Of a stretch of 64,000 nucleotides of DNA, positions 55,725 through 64,000 are shown in pieces (within the stretch, counting starts at the first letter, position 1; each line of letters begins with the position of its first letter). Source of the DNA: Pseudomonadota bacterium (GTDB lineage Bacteria; Pseudomonadota; Alphaproteobacteria; Rhodobacterales; Rhodobacteraceae); the NCBI GenBank assembly GCA_040387915.1, contig JAZKCV010000008.1:104638-168637 (forward strand), in the 5' to 3' direction. Made by a program: the position numbers and the translations under genes. Under the pieces are notes generated by a model that did no database searches, was not told the DNA's origin, and saw nothing but the letters and a program-made list of their open reading frames with translations.

Positions 55725-57223
55725 CAGGCGGCGTCCTTTTGTCCGGTGGCAAGCGCCATGATGGATTCCTGAGAGGCATCGGCGTGGTTAAGGATCGCCA
55801 TTTGTCGGCCTTCGCGCATCACCAGAATGCGGTCGCCCAAGGCCAGAACCTCGGGAAGGTCAGACGAAATCACCAAAGCCGTGCCGCCCGCAGCGGTGAA
55901 AGCGCGGATCAGGGCGTGGACCTCGGCTTTCGCACCCACGTCGATGCCACGGGTGGGTTCATCGACGATCAAAAGGTCTGGCGTCATGTTCAGCCATTTC
56001 GCCAGCATCACCTTTTGCTGATTGCCGCCCGACAGATTGCCTACGGCGATGTCGGTGTTCGGGGTGCGGATGTTCAGCTTTTTCTTGTAATCCCAAGCGG
56101 TTGCGATCTCGGCACTGGTGTTGATGAGTCCCATTGGGGTCAGGTATTTCTGCAAGGTGGCAAGGCTGATATTCCAGCGGATCGGCAGCGCCATAGCTAA
56201 GCCCAGCTTGCGGCGATCTTCCGAGACATAGGCGATGCCTGCGTCAATCGCTTGGCGCGAGGAGGTGATTTTCAGCGACTGGCCCTTGTAAGTAACCGTG
56301 CCCGCGCTGGTTTTCAGCATCCCAAACAAGGCCAAAGCCACATCGGTGCGGCGCGCGCCAATGAGGCCCGCCATCGCGAGGATCTCACCGCGTTTGATGT
56401 CGAACGAGATGTCTTCAAACACGCCATCAACGCTAAGGCCTTGCACAGACAGCAGAGTTTCCGTGGTGGCGGTGGAGGGCATCTTGGTGAAGTAATTGCC
56501 GACCTCGCGCCCGACCATCTCGGCGATCAGGGTTTGCGGGTCAGTGTCGCTGATCAGTTTTGTCGAGATATGCTTGCCGTCGCGGATCACCGAGACGCGG
56601 TTGGCGAGTTCAAACACCTCCTCCAGCCGGTGCGAAATATAGACCACCGATACCCCATCTTCGGCCAAAGCGCGGGCGATGCGGCGGAGTTCCGAAGCTT
56701 CATGCGCCGAAAGGCTGGCGGTGGGTTCGTCCATGATCAGCACGCGCACGTCTTGAGAAAGGGCGCGGGCGATTTCCACCGCTTGTTGTTCGGCGAGCGA
56801 AAGGCCGGATGCGATGCGGTCGACATCCAGCGTCATGCCGATGCGGGCGATGAGCGCACGTGCGGCACGGCGCATGGTAGGGCGGTTGAGGAACAGGCCG
56901 GAAGTGGCTGAAATAAAGATATTTTCGGTGACATCCAGATCGGGAAACACCATCGGTTCTTGGTAAATTGCGGCCACACCACGCAGGCGGGCGGCTTTGG
57001 AACCGTTCAGCACAACGGCAGCACCGTCAACCTCTAGCACGCCCGAAGATGGATGGTGAATCCCGGTCATGATCTTGATCATGGTGGATTTACCCGCACC
57101 ATTCTCGCCGACGATGGCATGCACTTCGCCGGGGAACAATTCCAGCGTCATATCGGTCAGGGCGGCGGTCATACCGAAATTTTTCGAGACGCCGCGCAGC
57201 GCCAAAGTGGGAGCTAGGGTCAT
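55724..57223 (-). CDS. sugar ABC transporter ATP-binding protein (duplicated ABC domains, RhaT/RbsA-like)
   Basis: 499 aa. Walker A GENGAGKST and GLIGARRT, signature LSGGNQQK. Confidence 0.85.
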   Translation of the reverse strand: MTLAPTLALRGVSKNFGMTAALTDMTLELFPGEVHAIVGENGAGKSTMIKIMTGIHHPSSGVLEVDGAAVVLNGSKAARLRGVAAIYQEPMVFPDLDVTENIFISATSGLFLNRPTMRRAARALIARIGMTLDVDRIASGLSLAEQQAVEIARALSQDVRVLIMDEPTASLSAHEASELRRIARALAEDGVSVVYISHRLEEVFELANRVSVIRDGKHISTKLISDTDPQTLIAEMVGREVGNYFTKMPSTATTETLLSVQGLSVDGVFEDISFDIKRGEILAMAGLIGARRTDVALALFGMLKTSAGTVTYKGQSLKITSSRQAIDAGIAYVSEDRRKLGLAMALPIRWNISLATLQKYLTPMGLINTSAEIATAWDYKKKLNIRTPNTDIAVGNLSGGNQQKVMLAKWLNMTPDLLIVDEPTRGIDVGAKAEVHALIRAFTAAGGTALVISSDLPEVLALGDRILVMREGRQMAILNHADASQESIMALATGQKDAA

Positions 57224-57280
57224 TGGGTTATTCCGTCGAGAGGGACGCGGCCGGAATGATCCCGGCCGCGCGAAAAAGCC

Positions 57281-58321
57281 TTACTTTGCAGCGGCTTCGA
57301 CGTTATCTTTGTTGTAGACAGTGAATGGCCCCATCAGGATGCGCTTGGCCCCTTCGCGGCCCGGGTCAGCCTCAATCGAATAGTCACCCATGCGGCCAGC
57401 GGTGAAAGTCTCGCCGATTTCACCTTTCAGCTGACCCGTCGCGAGGCCATAAGCGGTGTAATAGGTGAGGTAGCCGAGATCGCGGAAGTCCCACAACGCG
57501 AATTCCGGCGCGCAGCCGTTCATCGTGTAGCTGACCATTTCGGATGGCAGGCCAAGGCCAGACACTTTAACTTTGTCGCACAACCCCTCGTCCTGCATAG
57601 CTTTTGCCGAAGCTTGGATGCCGACGGTGGTCGGCGACATAATCAGGCCAAGGTCGGGGTATTTATCCACCAAAGCCAGCGCACGGTTGTAGGAAACCTC
57701 GGCTTGGTCATCGCCATACACCACGTCGACCAGTTCGATGTCTTTGTATTTCGGGTCGGCGGCAAGCGCCTGCTTCATCGACTCGATCCAAGCGTTCTGG
57801 TTCGAGGCATCCGGGGTCGCTGACAGCACGGCCATTTTGCCTTTGCCGCCTAAAATCGAATGCGCCATGTCGGCCATCACGGTGCCGATCGAGCCGAAAT
57901 CGACCTGTGCCACGAACACGCTTTCGCCCTTGCCACCGGGGATCGGGCTGTCCCATGTCACAACTTTGGTGCCAGCCGCTTGGGCGGCCTCAGCCGAGGG
58001 CACAATCTGGTCGCCGGCATTGTTCGACAGCATCACAGCACCCTGTTTTTGGGTGCCGGCGGTGGTCATGATTTCAATTTGACCAGCGGTGGAGTTTTCC
58101 GGGGTAGGGCCGGTGAATTCCAGTTTGCCGGGGTTGGCGAGTTCCTTGTGGGCTTCCTGCGCGCCCTCATTGGCCTGATCGAACACCAGGATGCCAAGGA
58201 ATTTCGGCAGCAGAACCATGTTGGTCTCTTTGCCGGGCTCTAGCTTGATGGTGTCGGCATAGGCGAAATTTGCGGTGGTCAGCATAAGTGCGGCGGCGGC
58301 ACCGAGTAGAATGTGTTTCAT
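57281..58321 (-). CDS. sugar ABC transporter periplasmic binding protein (rhamnose/fucose RhaS-like)
   Basis: First ATG at 58321 with SD GGGAGGA (the ORF-track start at 58345 is GTG). Signal peptide [25 protein letters not shown] type I fold. Confidence 0.8.
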   Translation of the reverse strand: MKHILLGAAAALMLTTANFAYADTIKLEPGKETNMVLLPKFLGILVFDQANEGAQEAHKELANPGKLEFTGPTPENSTAGQIEIMTTAGTQKQGAVMLSNNAGDQIVPSAEAAQAAGTKVVTWDSPIPGGKGESVFVAQVDFGSIGTVMADMAHSILGGKGKMAVLSATPDASNQNAWIESMKQALAADPKYKDIELVDVVYGDDQAEVSYNRALALVDKYPDLGLIMSPTTVGIQASAKAMQDEGLCDKVKVSGLGLPSEMVSYTMNGCAPEFALWDFRDLGYLTYYTAYGLATGQLKGEIGETFTAGRMGDYSIEADPGREGAKRILMGPFTVYNKDNVEAAAK

Positions 58322-58384
58322 AGTATCCTCCCAGATATGTGGCACGAACCCCGTGCCGGGTTATTTCCCTTGGTTGCCCGTGGG

Positions 58385-59338
58385 TTAGTGTGGAACAGGT
58401 TTGCGCGGATCTTGGCCTGCAAGGGCGCGGGTAATGTCATTGGCAACAAGCAGTTGCAGCTGATGGATTGCTGCTTCGGAATACCAAGCGGCATGCGGGG
58501 TCAGCAGCAAGTTCGGGGCCGTGCGCAATGGATTGTCCGCCTGCAATGGCTCAACATGGAATACATCCAGCGCTGCGGCGGCGATGGTGCCGTCAGTCAG
58601 CGCCTGCGCCAGATCGGATTCGTTGATCAACTGACCACGGGCAGAGTTCACCAGCATGGCGTGCGGTTGCATGGTTTTCAGGCGCGTAGCGTTGAAATAT
58701 TCGGTGGTTTCCGATGTGGCGGGGGCGTGCAGGCTGATGATGTCGGCCTCGGCCAGCAGGGTTTCGGGGGTGACTTTGCGGACGCACATTTCCGCCGCTT
58801 GCGCGTCCGATAGGCCGGGATCAGCGGCAAGAAATTGAAAGCCGAAGCCTTTCAGGCGGGCATGAACCGCGCGGCCAATATTGCCAAGACCAAAGAAGCC
58901 GAAGTTTGTTTTGTTGAACGGTTTCATTGGCTTGGCGATTTTCACCGCAGCCCATTCGCCTGCGCGCACTGATTGATCCAACGCCATCAGTTTGCGCAGC
59001 AGAGTTAATGCGGCGGCGGCGGTGTGGTCGGCAACCTCATCGGCGCAATAGTCGGGGACGTAGCCAACTTTGAGGCCGTGTTTGGCGCAGGCGGCGAGGT
59101 CGATGTTGTTGTAGCCGACGCCGTAGCGGATCACCGTGGCACCGGGTTTGACGGCGGCTGCGGCTTCAGGGCCGAAGCTGGCGAATTGCACCACGGCGAC
59201 ATCGGCACCCGCGACGGCGCTGGCGACTTCGGCGGCGGATTTGCATTGGTGGGATGCAAAATCCGCTCCAGCGGCGCGGGCTGCGGCTTCTTCCTGCAAC
59301 AGCGCCGGGAAGGTGTAATCCGTGACGACAACTTTCAT
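58385..59338 (-). CDS. D-isomer-specific 2-hydroxyacid dehydrogenase family protein (NAD-binding)
   Basis: 317 aa. NAD-binding GFFGLGNIGRAV. Catalytic region with SARGQLI...AALDVF...PLL..PHAAW typical of the family. ATGA overlap with the upstream gene. Confidence 0.8.
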   Translation of the reverse strand: MKVVVTDYTFPALLQEEAAARAAGADFASHQCKSAAEVASAVAGADVAVVQFASFGPEAAAAVKPGATVIRYGVGYNNIDLAACAKHGLKVGYVPDYCADEVADHTAAAALTLLRKLMALDQSVRAGEWAAVKIAKPMKPFNKTNFGFFGLGNIGRAVHARLKGFGFQFLAADPGLSDAQAAEMCVRKVTPETLLAEADIISLHAPATSETTEYFNATRLKTMQPHAMLVNSARGQLINESDLAQALTDGTIAAAALDVFHVEPLQADNPLRTAPNLLLTPHAAWYSEAAIHQLQLLVANDITRALAGQDPRKPVPH

Positions 59339-60099
59339 GGCTGAACCTTCAGATAATCATGGATGATCTCGCCGGGAACGAGGGTGAAATCGGCGCGCCA
59401 GTAGAAGCCTTGCAAGGGTTCCAGCACCGGCAGGCGGAAGATCGGCATCTGTGCATTGGCGCGCAACTCGACGGTGCAGGGGCCTTCCCAACATTCATGC
59501 ACCACCACATCCGACAGGCGGCGCGAGGTGAGTTGGCGGATCGCCGGGGTGCCGTCGATATGGTCCACGGCCTTCAGGTTCAGGTTGGTGGCAAAGTCGA
59601 AATAGGGCTTCAGGCGGTCCGGATCGCAGGGGCGCTGTTTATAGGGCAGAGTGGCAGTCAACACGTCGATGCCGTTGCGTTCAACTGTGGCGACGAACAG
59701 ATCGCCGCGTGCCTCAAGCGTAGGTTTTCCAAGCTTTTTCGGTTGCCCGTGAATCTCACGGCCATGCGTGACCCCGACATCAGACGACAGCACGAGATAG
59801 GGCGAATAGGCACCCTGCCGATCCCCAAAGGACGCGCCGAACATCACGTTGGCTTCCGCATAGGGGCCAAGCCAATCGGTGTCGTTCATCTTGTAGATGT
59901 GGCAGCAGGCGATATCGCCTTCGGGCCGCAGAGGCGGGGGAAGCAGGAAAGCCATCGCCGCCGGGTCTGTGCGCCAGTACACTGTCAGGATTTCAGCGTT
60001 GCGAAACCGGAACGGGAATGGCGGGATCATCGGCGCATCCCACGGAGTGGAGAAGCCGCCTTTGCGGATATCGTCCTCGGTAGGGGGGATCAGGGTCAT
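59335..60099 (-). CDS. acetoacetate decarboxylase (ADC) family protein
   Basis: 254 aa. General ADC-fold similarity by recollection; no catalytic-residue motif verified. ATGA overlap with the enolase-superfamily gene. Confidence 0.55.
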   Translation of the reverse strand: MTLIPPTEDDIRKGGFSTPWDAPMIPPFPFRFRNAEILTVYWRTDPAAMAFLLPPPLRPEGDIACCHIYKMNDTDWLGPYAEANVMFGASFGDRQGAYSPYLVLSSDVGVTHGREIHGQPKKLGKPTLEARGDLFVATVERNGIDVLTATLPYKQRPCDPDRLKPYFDFATNLNLKAVDHIDGTPAIRQLTSRRLSDVVVHECWEGPCTVELRANAQMPIFRLPVLEPLQGFYWRADFTLVPGEIIHDYLKVQP

Positions 60100-61223
60100 T
60101 GCATCGCAATCCGGCGCACGACATCTTCTTGCACCTCGATGCCAAGGCCAGGCGCGTGGATCGGGTAGGCCCAGCCGTCTTTGTGCCAGATTTTCTCGGC
60201 CAACAGCTCATCCTGCACGATCACCGGGAAGGGTTTGAATTCAAAGACTTCGGTATTTGGCGAGGCGAGGGATAAGTGCAAAGACGCCGCCGTGGTTATG
60301 CCCGTAGACCAAGCATGGGCATTGACCGTTTTGCCGTATTGCGTGGCCAAAGCATCGACGCGGCGGAAGCCGGTGATGCCTTCGACGCGGGCGGGGTCGA
60401 CACCGTAGACATCGACGGCTTGCACGAATTCCATCTGGCGGCGGTAGCCTGCTTCGGTGAACTCGCGCTCGCCCGACGCCAAGCGGACCTTTGTGTTGGC
60501 GCGGAGTTTGCGGTAGCCCGCGTCATCGGTCACATACAAGGGTTCTTCGTACCAGCCGATGCCCAGATCGTGCATCCGGTTGGCGACGCTGATCGCTGTA
60601 TCGACATCCCAACGCACACCGTTGCCGATATCGACCAAAATCCCCGCATCGGGGCCGAGCGCCGAGCGCAGGGCGCGGATAAAGCTGACATCCACATCCG
60701 GATCGCCGCCAATATTGCTTTCACCCTTTTTCGCAAAGCCCAGCTTAGTGGAACGGAAACCCGCCGCGAAAAAGCCTTCCACATCGGCGACACAAGCGGC
60801 CTCGCCCTTCTTGTTCACATGGGATGAGGCATTGGCGAGCAGGCGGTCATGTTTCAAGCCACCGAACAACTCATAAAGCGGTTTGCCCTCAAGTTTGCCG
60901 CGAATATCCCACAAAGCCATATCGACGCCCGAGATTGCCAAGGACGCGACACCGCCCTCGCCATACCACCAGACATGGCGGCGCATCTTGACCCAAAGCG
61001 CATCAATATCAATGGCTTCGCCCAGCAGAATCGGCGTCAGCCCTTCGCGGATCACCAAGGCGGTTGCCTTGCACGCCTCTGGCCACATCGCGATGCTTTC
61101 GCCCCAGCCGACCACGCCATCCGTGGTTTCCACCCGCACCAAAACCGTGCGCCGGATAGTGCCGAAATCATTCGGATCGGGGTATTCAATCGGGATCGGC
61201 TCGATCCGCGCTATTTTCGTCAT
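60096..61223 (-). CDS. enolase-superfamily (mandelate racemase/muconate lactonizing enzyme) sugar-acid dehydratase, L-rhamnonate/L-fuconate dehydratase-like
   Basis: 375 aa. N-terminal capping domain then TIM barrel with metal ligands (LVDIGNG, WYEEP, ASGE). SD GTGAGGGGGG. Heads the rhamnose-locus minus-strand operon. Confidence 0.75.
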   Translation of the reverse strand: MTKIARIEPIPIEYPDPNDFGTIRRTVLVRVETTDGVVGWGESIAMWPEACKATALVIREGLTPILLGEAIDIDALWVKMRRHVWWYGEGGVASLAISGVDMALWDIRGKLEGKPLYELFGGLKHDRLLANASSHVNKKGEAACVADVEGFFAAGFRSTKLGFAKKGESNIGGDPDVDVSFIRALRSALGPDAGILVDIGNGVRWDVDTAISVANRMHDLGIGWYEEPLYVTDDAGYRKLRANTKVRLASGEREFTEAGYRRQMEFVQAVDVYGVDPARVEGITGFRRVDALATQYGKTVNAHAWSTGITTAASLHLSLASPNTEVFEFKPFPVIVQDELLAEKIWHKDGWAYPIHAPGLGIEVQEDVVRRIAMQ

Positions 61224-61333
61224 ATTCCCCCCTCACCGCGTTTGGCTTTATCTTTGACTTGGCCGCCAGATCGCGATACTTCGATAATTGGTAAGGCCAA
61301 TTAACAACGCTTAGCAATCTGAGGTCAAGAAAA

Positions 61334-62095
61334 ATGTTCAACCTAGCTCCTGTTCCCGTGCCAGATCTGACCGGACGTACCGTTTTAGTGACCGGGGCGG
61401 GCAAGGGGATTGGCGCGGAATTGGTAAGGATTCTCGTGGCTAACGGCGCAAAAGTATTCGCCGGGGTGTTCTCGGGCGAAAGCGTGGAACCGCTACCCGA
61501 CGCGGCCACTGTGCTGGCTTTGGATGTGACCAAGCAGGCGGATGTCGATGCAGCGATGGCGCGGATTGCGGCCGAATCGGGTCGGCTGGATGTGCTGGTC
61601 AACAACGCGGGCATGATCACGCCGATCGGGCCGCTGGCGGAATTGGCGTCAGATGCTTTGGCTCCGGCCTTTGCGGTCAATGTGATCGGGGTGCATCGTA
61701 TGGCGATTGCGGCTTTGCCGATGCTGCGGGCGTCACAGGGGGTGATCGTCAATGCAGGGACGGGGGCTGCGACGACGCCGATGGAGGGATGGACGGTGTA
61801 TTGCGCCACCAAGGCCGGGATGCGGATGCTGAGCCAGATGATGGCGATGGAACTGGCGCCCGATGTGAAATGCTTTTTCGTTGGCATCCCGCCCACCGAT
61901 ACGGCGATGCAGGGGGCTATCCGCGATGCAGGGTTTAACCCGATCAGCAAGATCCCGCAGGAAAAACTGGTGCGCCCAGAGGTTCCCGCATCGGTGATGG
62001 CCTGGATGTGTGGGCCGCAGGCGCGGGATGTGACCGAGGTTTTGCTCGACGTGCGGCAAGAAATATTTACCAATTTGATGGACCTGCCCGCCTGA
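61334..62095 (+). CDS. SDR family oxidoreductase
   Basis: TGAGKGIG cofactor motif and YCATKAG catalytic YxxxK. Confidence 0.8.
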   Translation: MFNLAPVPVPDLTGRTVLVTGAGKGIGAELVRILVANGAKVFAGVFSGESVEPLPDAATVLALDVTKQADVDAAMARIAAESGRLDVLVNNAGMITPIGPLAELASDALAPAFAVNVIGVHRMAIAALPMLRASQGVIVNAGTGAATTPMEGWTVYCATKAGMRMLSQMMAMELAPDVKCFFVGIPPTDTAMQGAIRDAGFNPISKIPQEKLVRPEVPASVMAWMCGPQARDVTEVLLDVRQEIFTNLMDLPA

Positions 62096-62130
62096 TAGCG
62101 GCATGGTGCGCGACAAAAGCGGAGGAATAT

Positions 62131-62865
62131 ATGGGACGGCTTCAGGGAAAACGCGCGCTGATCACGGCGGCAGGGCAGGGCATCGGGCGGGCCTCGGCGC
62201 TGATGATGGCGCGCGAAGGTGCGAAAGTGCTGGCCACCGATGTGAATGAAAAAGCGCTGGCGGAATTGGCGGCAGAGGGGATTGAGACGCGGGTCTTGAA
62301 CGTGCGCGATCCGGCATCTATCGCGGCAGCGGCGGCGCTGGGGCCGTTTGATGTGCTGTTCAACTGCGCGGGATTCGTGGCCGCAGGCTCGATTCTGGAT
62401 TGTGATGAGGATCAATGGGCGTTCAGCCTTGATCTGAACATGACGGCTATGTACCGGATGTGTAAGGCCTTTCTGCCGGGGATGATTGCAAACGGTGGTG
62501 GGTCGATCATCAATATGGCCTCGGTCGCCTCAAGCGTCATCGCCGCGCCAAACCGCTTTGTCTATGGCGCGACCAAGGCCGGAGTGATTGGGTTGACCAA
62601 ATCCATCGCGGTGGATTTCATCGCCAAAGGCATCCGCTGCAATGCGATCTGCCCCGGCACGGTGGAAAGCCCCAGCCTTGAGCAACGTCTGCGCGATACC
62701 GGCGACTACGAGGCGGCCAAAGCTGCCTTTATCGCCCGCCAACCTATTGGCCGCATTGGCAAGCCCGAGGAAATCGCGGTTTTGGTCACCTATCTTGCTT
62801 CCGACGAATCCACCTATACCACCGGGGTCGCGCATGTGATCGACGGCGGTTGGGCCAACGCATAA
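62131..62865 (+). CDS. SDR family oxidoreductase (L-rhamnose/L-fucose 1-dehydrogenase or 2-keto-3-deoxy-sugar-acid 4-dehydrogenase-like)
   Basis: Start at ATG 62131 with a strong GGAGG SD (the ORF-track extension to 62008 overlaps the previous gene). TAAGQGIG and YGATKAG motifs. Confidence 0.8.
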   Translation: MGRLQGKRALITAAGQGIGRASALMMAREGAKVLATDVNEKALAELAAEGIETRVLNVRDPASIAAAAALGPFDVLFNCAGFVAAGSILDCDEDQWAFSLDLNMTAMYRMCKAFLPGMIANGGGSIINMASVASSVIAAPNRFVYGATKAGVIGLTKSIAVDFIAKGIRCNAICPGTVESPSLEQRLRDTGDYEAAKAAFIARQPIGRIGKPEEIAVLVTYLASDESTYTTGVAHVIDGGWANA

Positions 62866-62874
62866 GGATTAATC

Positions 62875-63714
62875 ATGAAACTGCTTCGTCATGGGCCTGC
62901 GGGCGCTGAAAAACCCGGAATTCTGCACAGTGATGGCACCCTGCGCGATCTTTCCGCGATTGTGTCGGATATCGGCGGCGATGTTTTGTCGGATGCGGGT
63001 CTGGCGAAAATCCGCGCCGCCGATCCGGCACGGTTGCCGATTGTGCAGGGCGCGCGGCTGGGCCCTTGCGTCACAGGCACGGGGAAATTCATCTGCATCG
63101 GCCTCAACTATGCCGACCACGCTGCGGAATCTGGCATGGCTGTGCCGCCAGAGCCAGTGATTTTCATGAAGGCCACCAGCGCCATTTGTGGCCCGAACGA
63201 TCCGATCATCATCCCGCGCACCTCGGAAAAGACCGATTGGGAGGTGGAACTGGCGGTGATCATTGGCAAAAAGGCCAAATATGTCAGTGAGGCCGAGGCG
63301 ATGGATTACGTAGCGGGTTATGCGGTGACCAATGATGTGTCGGAGCGCGCGTTTCAGACCGAGCGTTCGGGGCAATGGACCAAGGGCAAGAGCTGCGACA
63401 ACTTTGGCCAGATCGGGCCCTATCTGGTGACGCGGGATGAGATCGCCGATCCGCAGAATCTGGCGATGTGGCTGACGGTGAACGGCACCAAGATGCAGAA
63501 CGGCTCGACCCGCACTATGGTCTACGGGGTGCAGTTTCTGGTCAGTTATCTCAGCCAATTCATGACCTTGCATCCGGGCGATGTGATCTCGACCGGGACG
63601 CCTCCGGGGGTTGGTTTGGGGATGAAGCCGCCGAAATACCTGAAAGCCGGGGATGTGGTGGAACTCGGTATCGAAGGTCTGGGCCAGCAACGCCAAGACG
63701 TGATCGCGGATTGA
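62875..63714 (+). CDS. fumarylacetoacetate hydrolase (FAH) family protein, 2,4-diketo-3-deoxy-L-rhamnonate/fuconate hydrolase-like
   Basis: 279 aa. FAH-fold motifs (KFICIGLNYADHA; EVELAVIIGK; DVISTGTPPGVG). SD AAGGA. Confidence 0.8.
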   Translation: MKLLRHGPAGAEKPGILHSDGTLRDLSAIVSDIGGDVLSDAGLAKIRAADPARLPIVQGARLGPCVTGTGKFICIGLNYADHAAESGMAVPPEPVIFMKATSAICGPNDPIIIPRTSEKTDWEVELAVIIGKKAKYVSEAEAMDYVAGYAVTNDVSERAFQTERSGQWTKGKSCDNFGQIGPYLVTRDEIADPQNLAMWLTVNGTKMQNGSTRTMVYGVQFLVSYLSQFMTLHPGDVISTGTPPGVGLGMKPPKYLKAGDVVELGIEGLGQQRQDVIAD

Positions 63715-63720
63715 TTTTAG

Positions 63721-63751
63721 GGCTCGGTGGAAACGCCGAGCCTTTTGCTTT
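63721..63751 (+). terminator. rho-independent terminator after the FAH gene
   Basis: GGCTCGG-tggaaacg-CCGAGCC followed by TTTTGCTTT. Confidence 0.6.
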
Positions 63752-63762
63752 GGGAGGGGCAT

Positions 63763-64000
63763 ATGGATCTGATTGATACCCATCAGCATCTGATTTTACG
63801 CGAGAAACTGGGTTATGCTTGGACGACAGGCGTGCCCGCTTTGCAGGGCGATTTTACCCCTGAGGATTACACGGCTTTGGTGGCTGGGCGCGGCGTGATC
63901 GGCACGATTTTCATGGAAACCGGGGTGGATGATGATGATTATCAGGCCGAGGCACGGCTGATCGCGGGGCTGGTCGGCAAGGCGGGGCTGCTGGCGCAGA
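63763..64000 (+). CDS. amidohydrolase-2 family protein (sugar-acid lactonase-like), N-terminal fragment; continues beyond the window
   Basis: MDLIDTHQHLILREKLGYAW (the DTHQH metal-binding start of amidohydrolase 2 / L-rhamnono- or fucono-lactonases). SD GGGAGGGG. Open at the window end. Confidence 0.65.
   Translation, partial: MDLIDTHQHLILREKLGYAWTTGVPALQGDFTPEDYTALVAGRGVIGTIFMETGVDDDDYQAEARLIAGLVGKAGLLAQ

Noticed and set aside
1-64000. Searches for tRNA/rRNA genes, CRISPR arrays, transposases/integrases, prophage or defence-system genes
   Set aside because: No long intergenic region has a tRNA-like T-arm (GTTCGANTC) or cloverleaf. There are no regularly spaced direct-repeat arrays. None of the proteins shows nuclease, helicase or recombinase signatures. 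The window is metabolic core/accessory catabolism rather than a mobile or defence island.

Overview
This 64 kb window (~62% GC) looks like an alphaproteobacterial chromosome segment, most consistent with a Rhodobacterales / Roseobacter-type genome; I call about 57 protein-coding genes. It is almost entirely coding, made of catabolic and transport operons joined by 4-nt ATGA start/stop overlaps. I see no rRNA, tRNA, CRISPR array, transposase, integrase or prophage gene.

Recognisable systems, in order:
- A truncated CrtI-like flavoprotein, a cyclase-family protein, a second CrtI-like oxidoreductase, MarR, and a split indolepyruvate:ferredoxin oxidoreductase (iorA/iorB).
- A YtfQRT-YjfF-type galactofuranose ABC transporter with an embedded GntR regulator and galactose mutarotase.
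- A Tat-secreted PAP2 / vanadium-haloperoxidase-like protein paired with a secreted ASPIC/UnbV FG-GAP protein.
- A xylFHG-like sugar ABC transporter with a divergent ROK regulator.
- A putative methylated-amine demethylation cluster: Rrf2 regulator, trimethylamine-dehydrogenase-family flavoprotein, LysR, DUF1028, RidA, Rieske oxygenase and a divergent FMO-like gene.
- An unusual operon: fused TPP-dependent E1 alpha/beta dehydrogenase, an AT-domain acyltransferase (FabD-like) and flotillin.
- A contiguous taurine-to-sulfate module: tpa, tauR, xsc, tauE, ackA, soeABC. Candidate TauR direct-repeat operators sit in front of both tpa and xsc.
- A choline-kinase-like gene and a dimethylglycine-dehydrogenase-like gene.
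- A large L-rhamnose/L-fucose non-phosphorylative (diketo-hydrolase) catabolic locus with its own ABC transporter, a GntR regulator and several accessory enzymes.

Non-coding observations of note:
- A dispersed intergenic repeat family with a conserved 24-nt core. One copy forms a perfect 34-bp-arm palindrome (88 bp).
- A ~500 bp AT-rich non-coding island upstream of the ytfQ operon.
- Several rho-independent terminators and an intercistronic hairpin.

The candidates I would look at first for anything undescribed are the E1-fusion/acyltransferase/flotillin operon, the TMADH-family/Rieske/RidA/DUF1028 cluster, and the repeat family.
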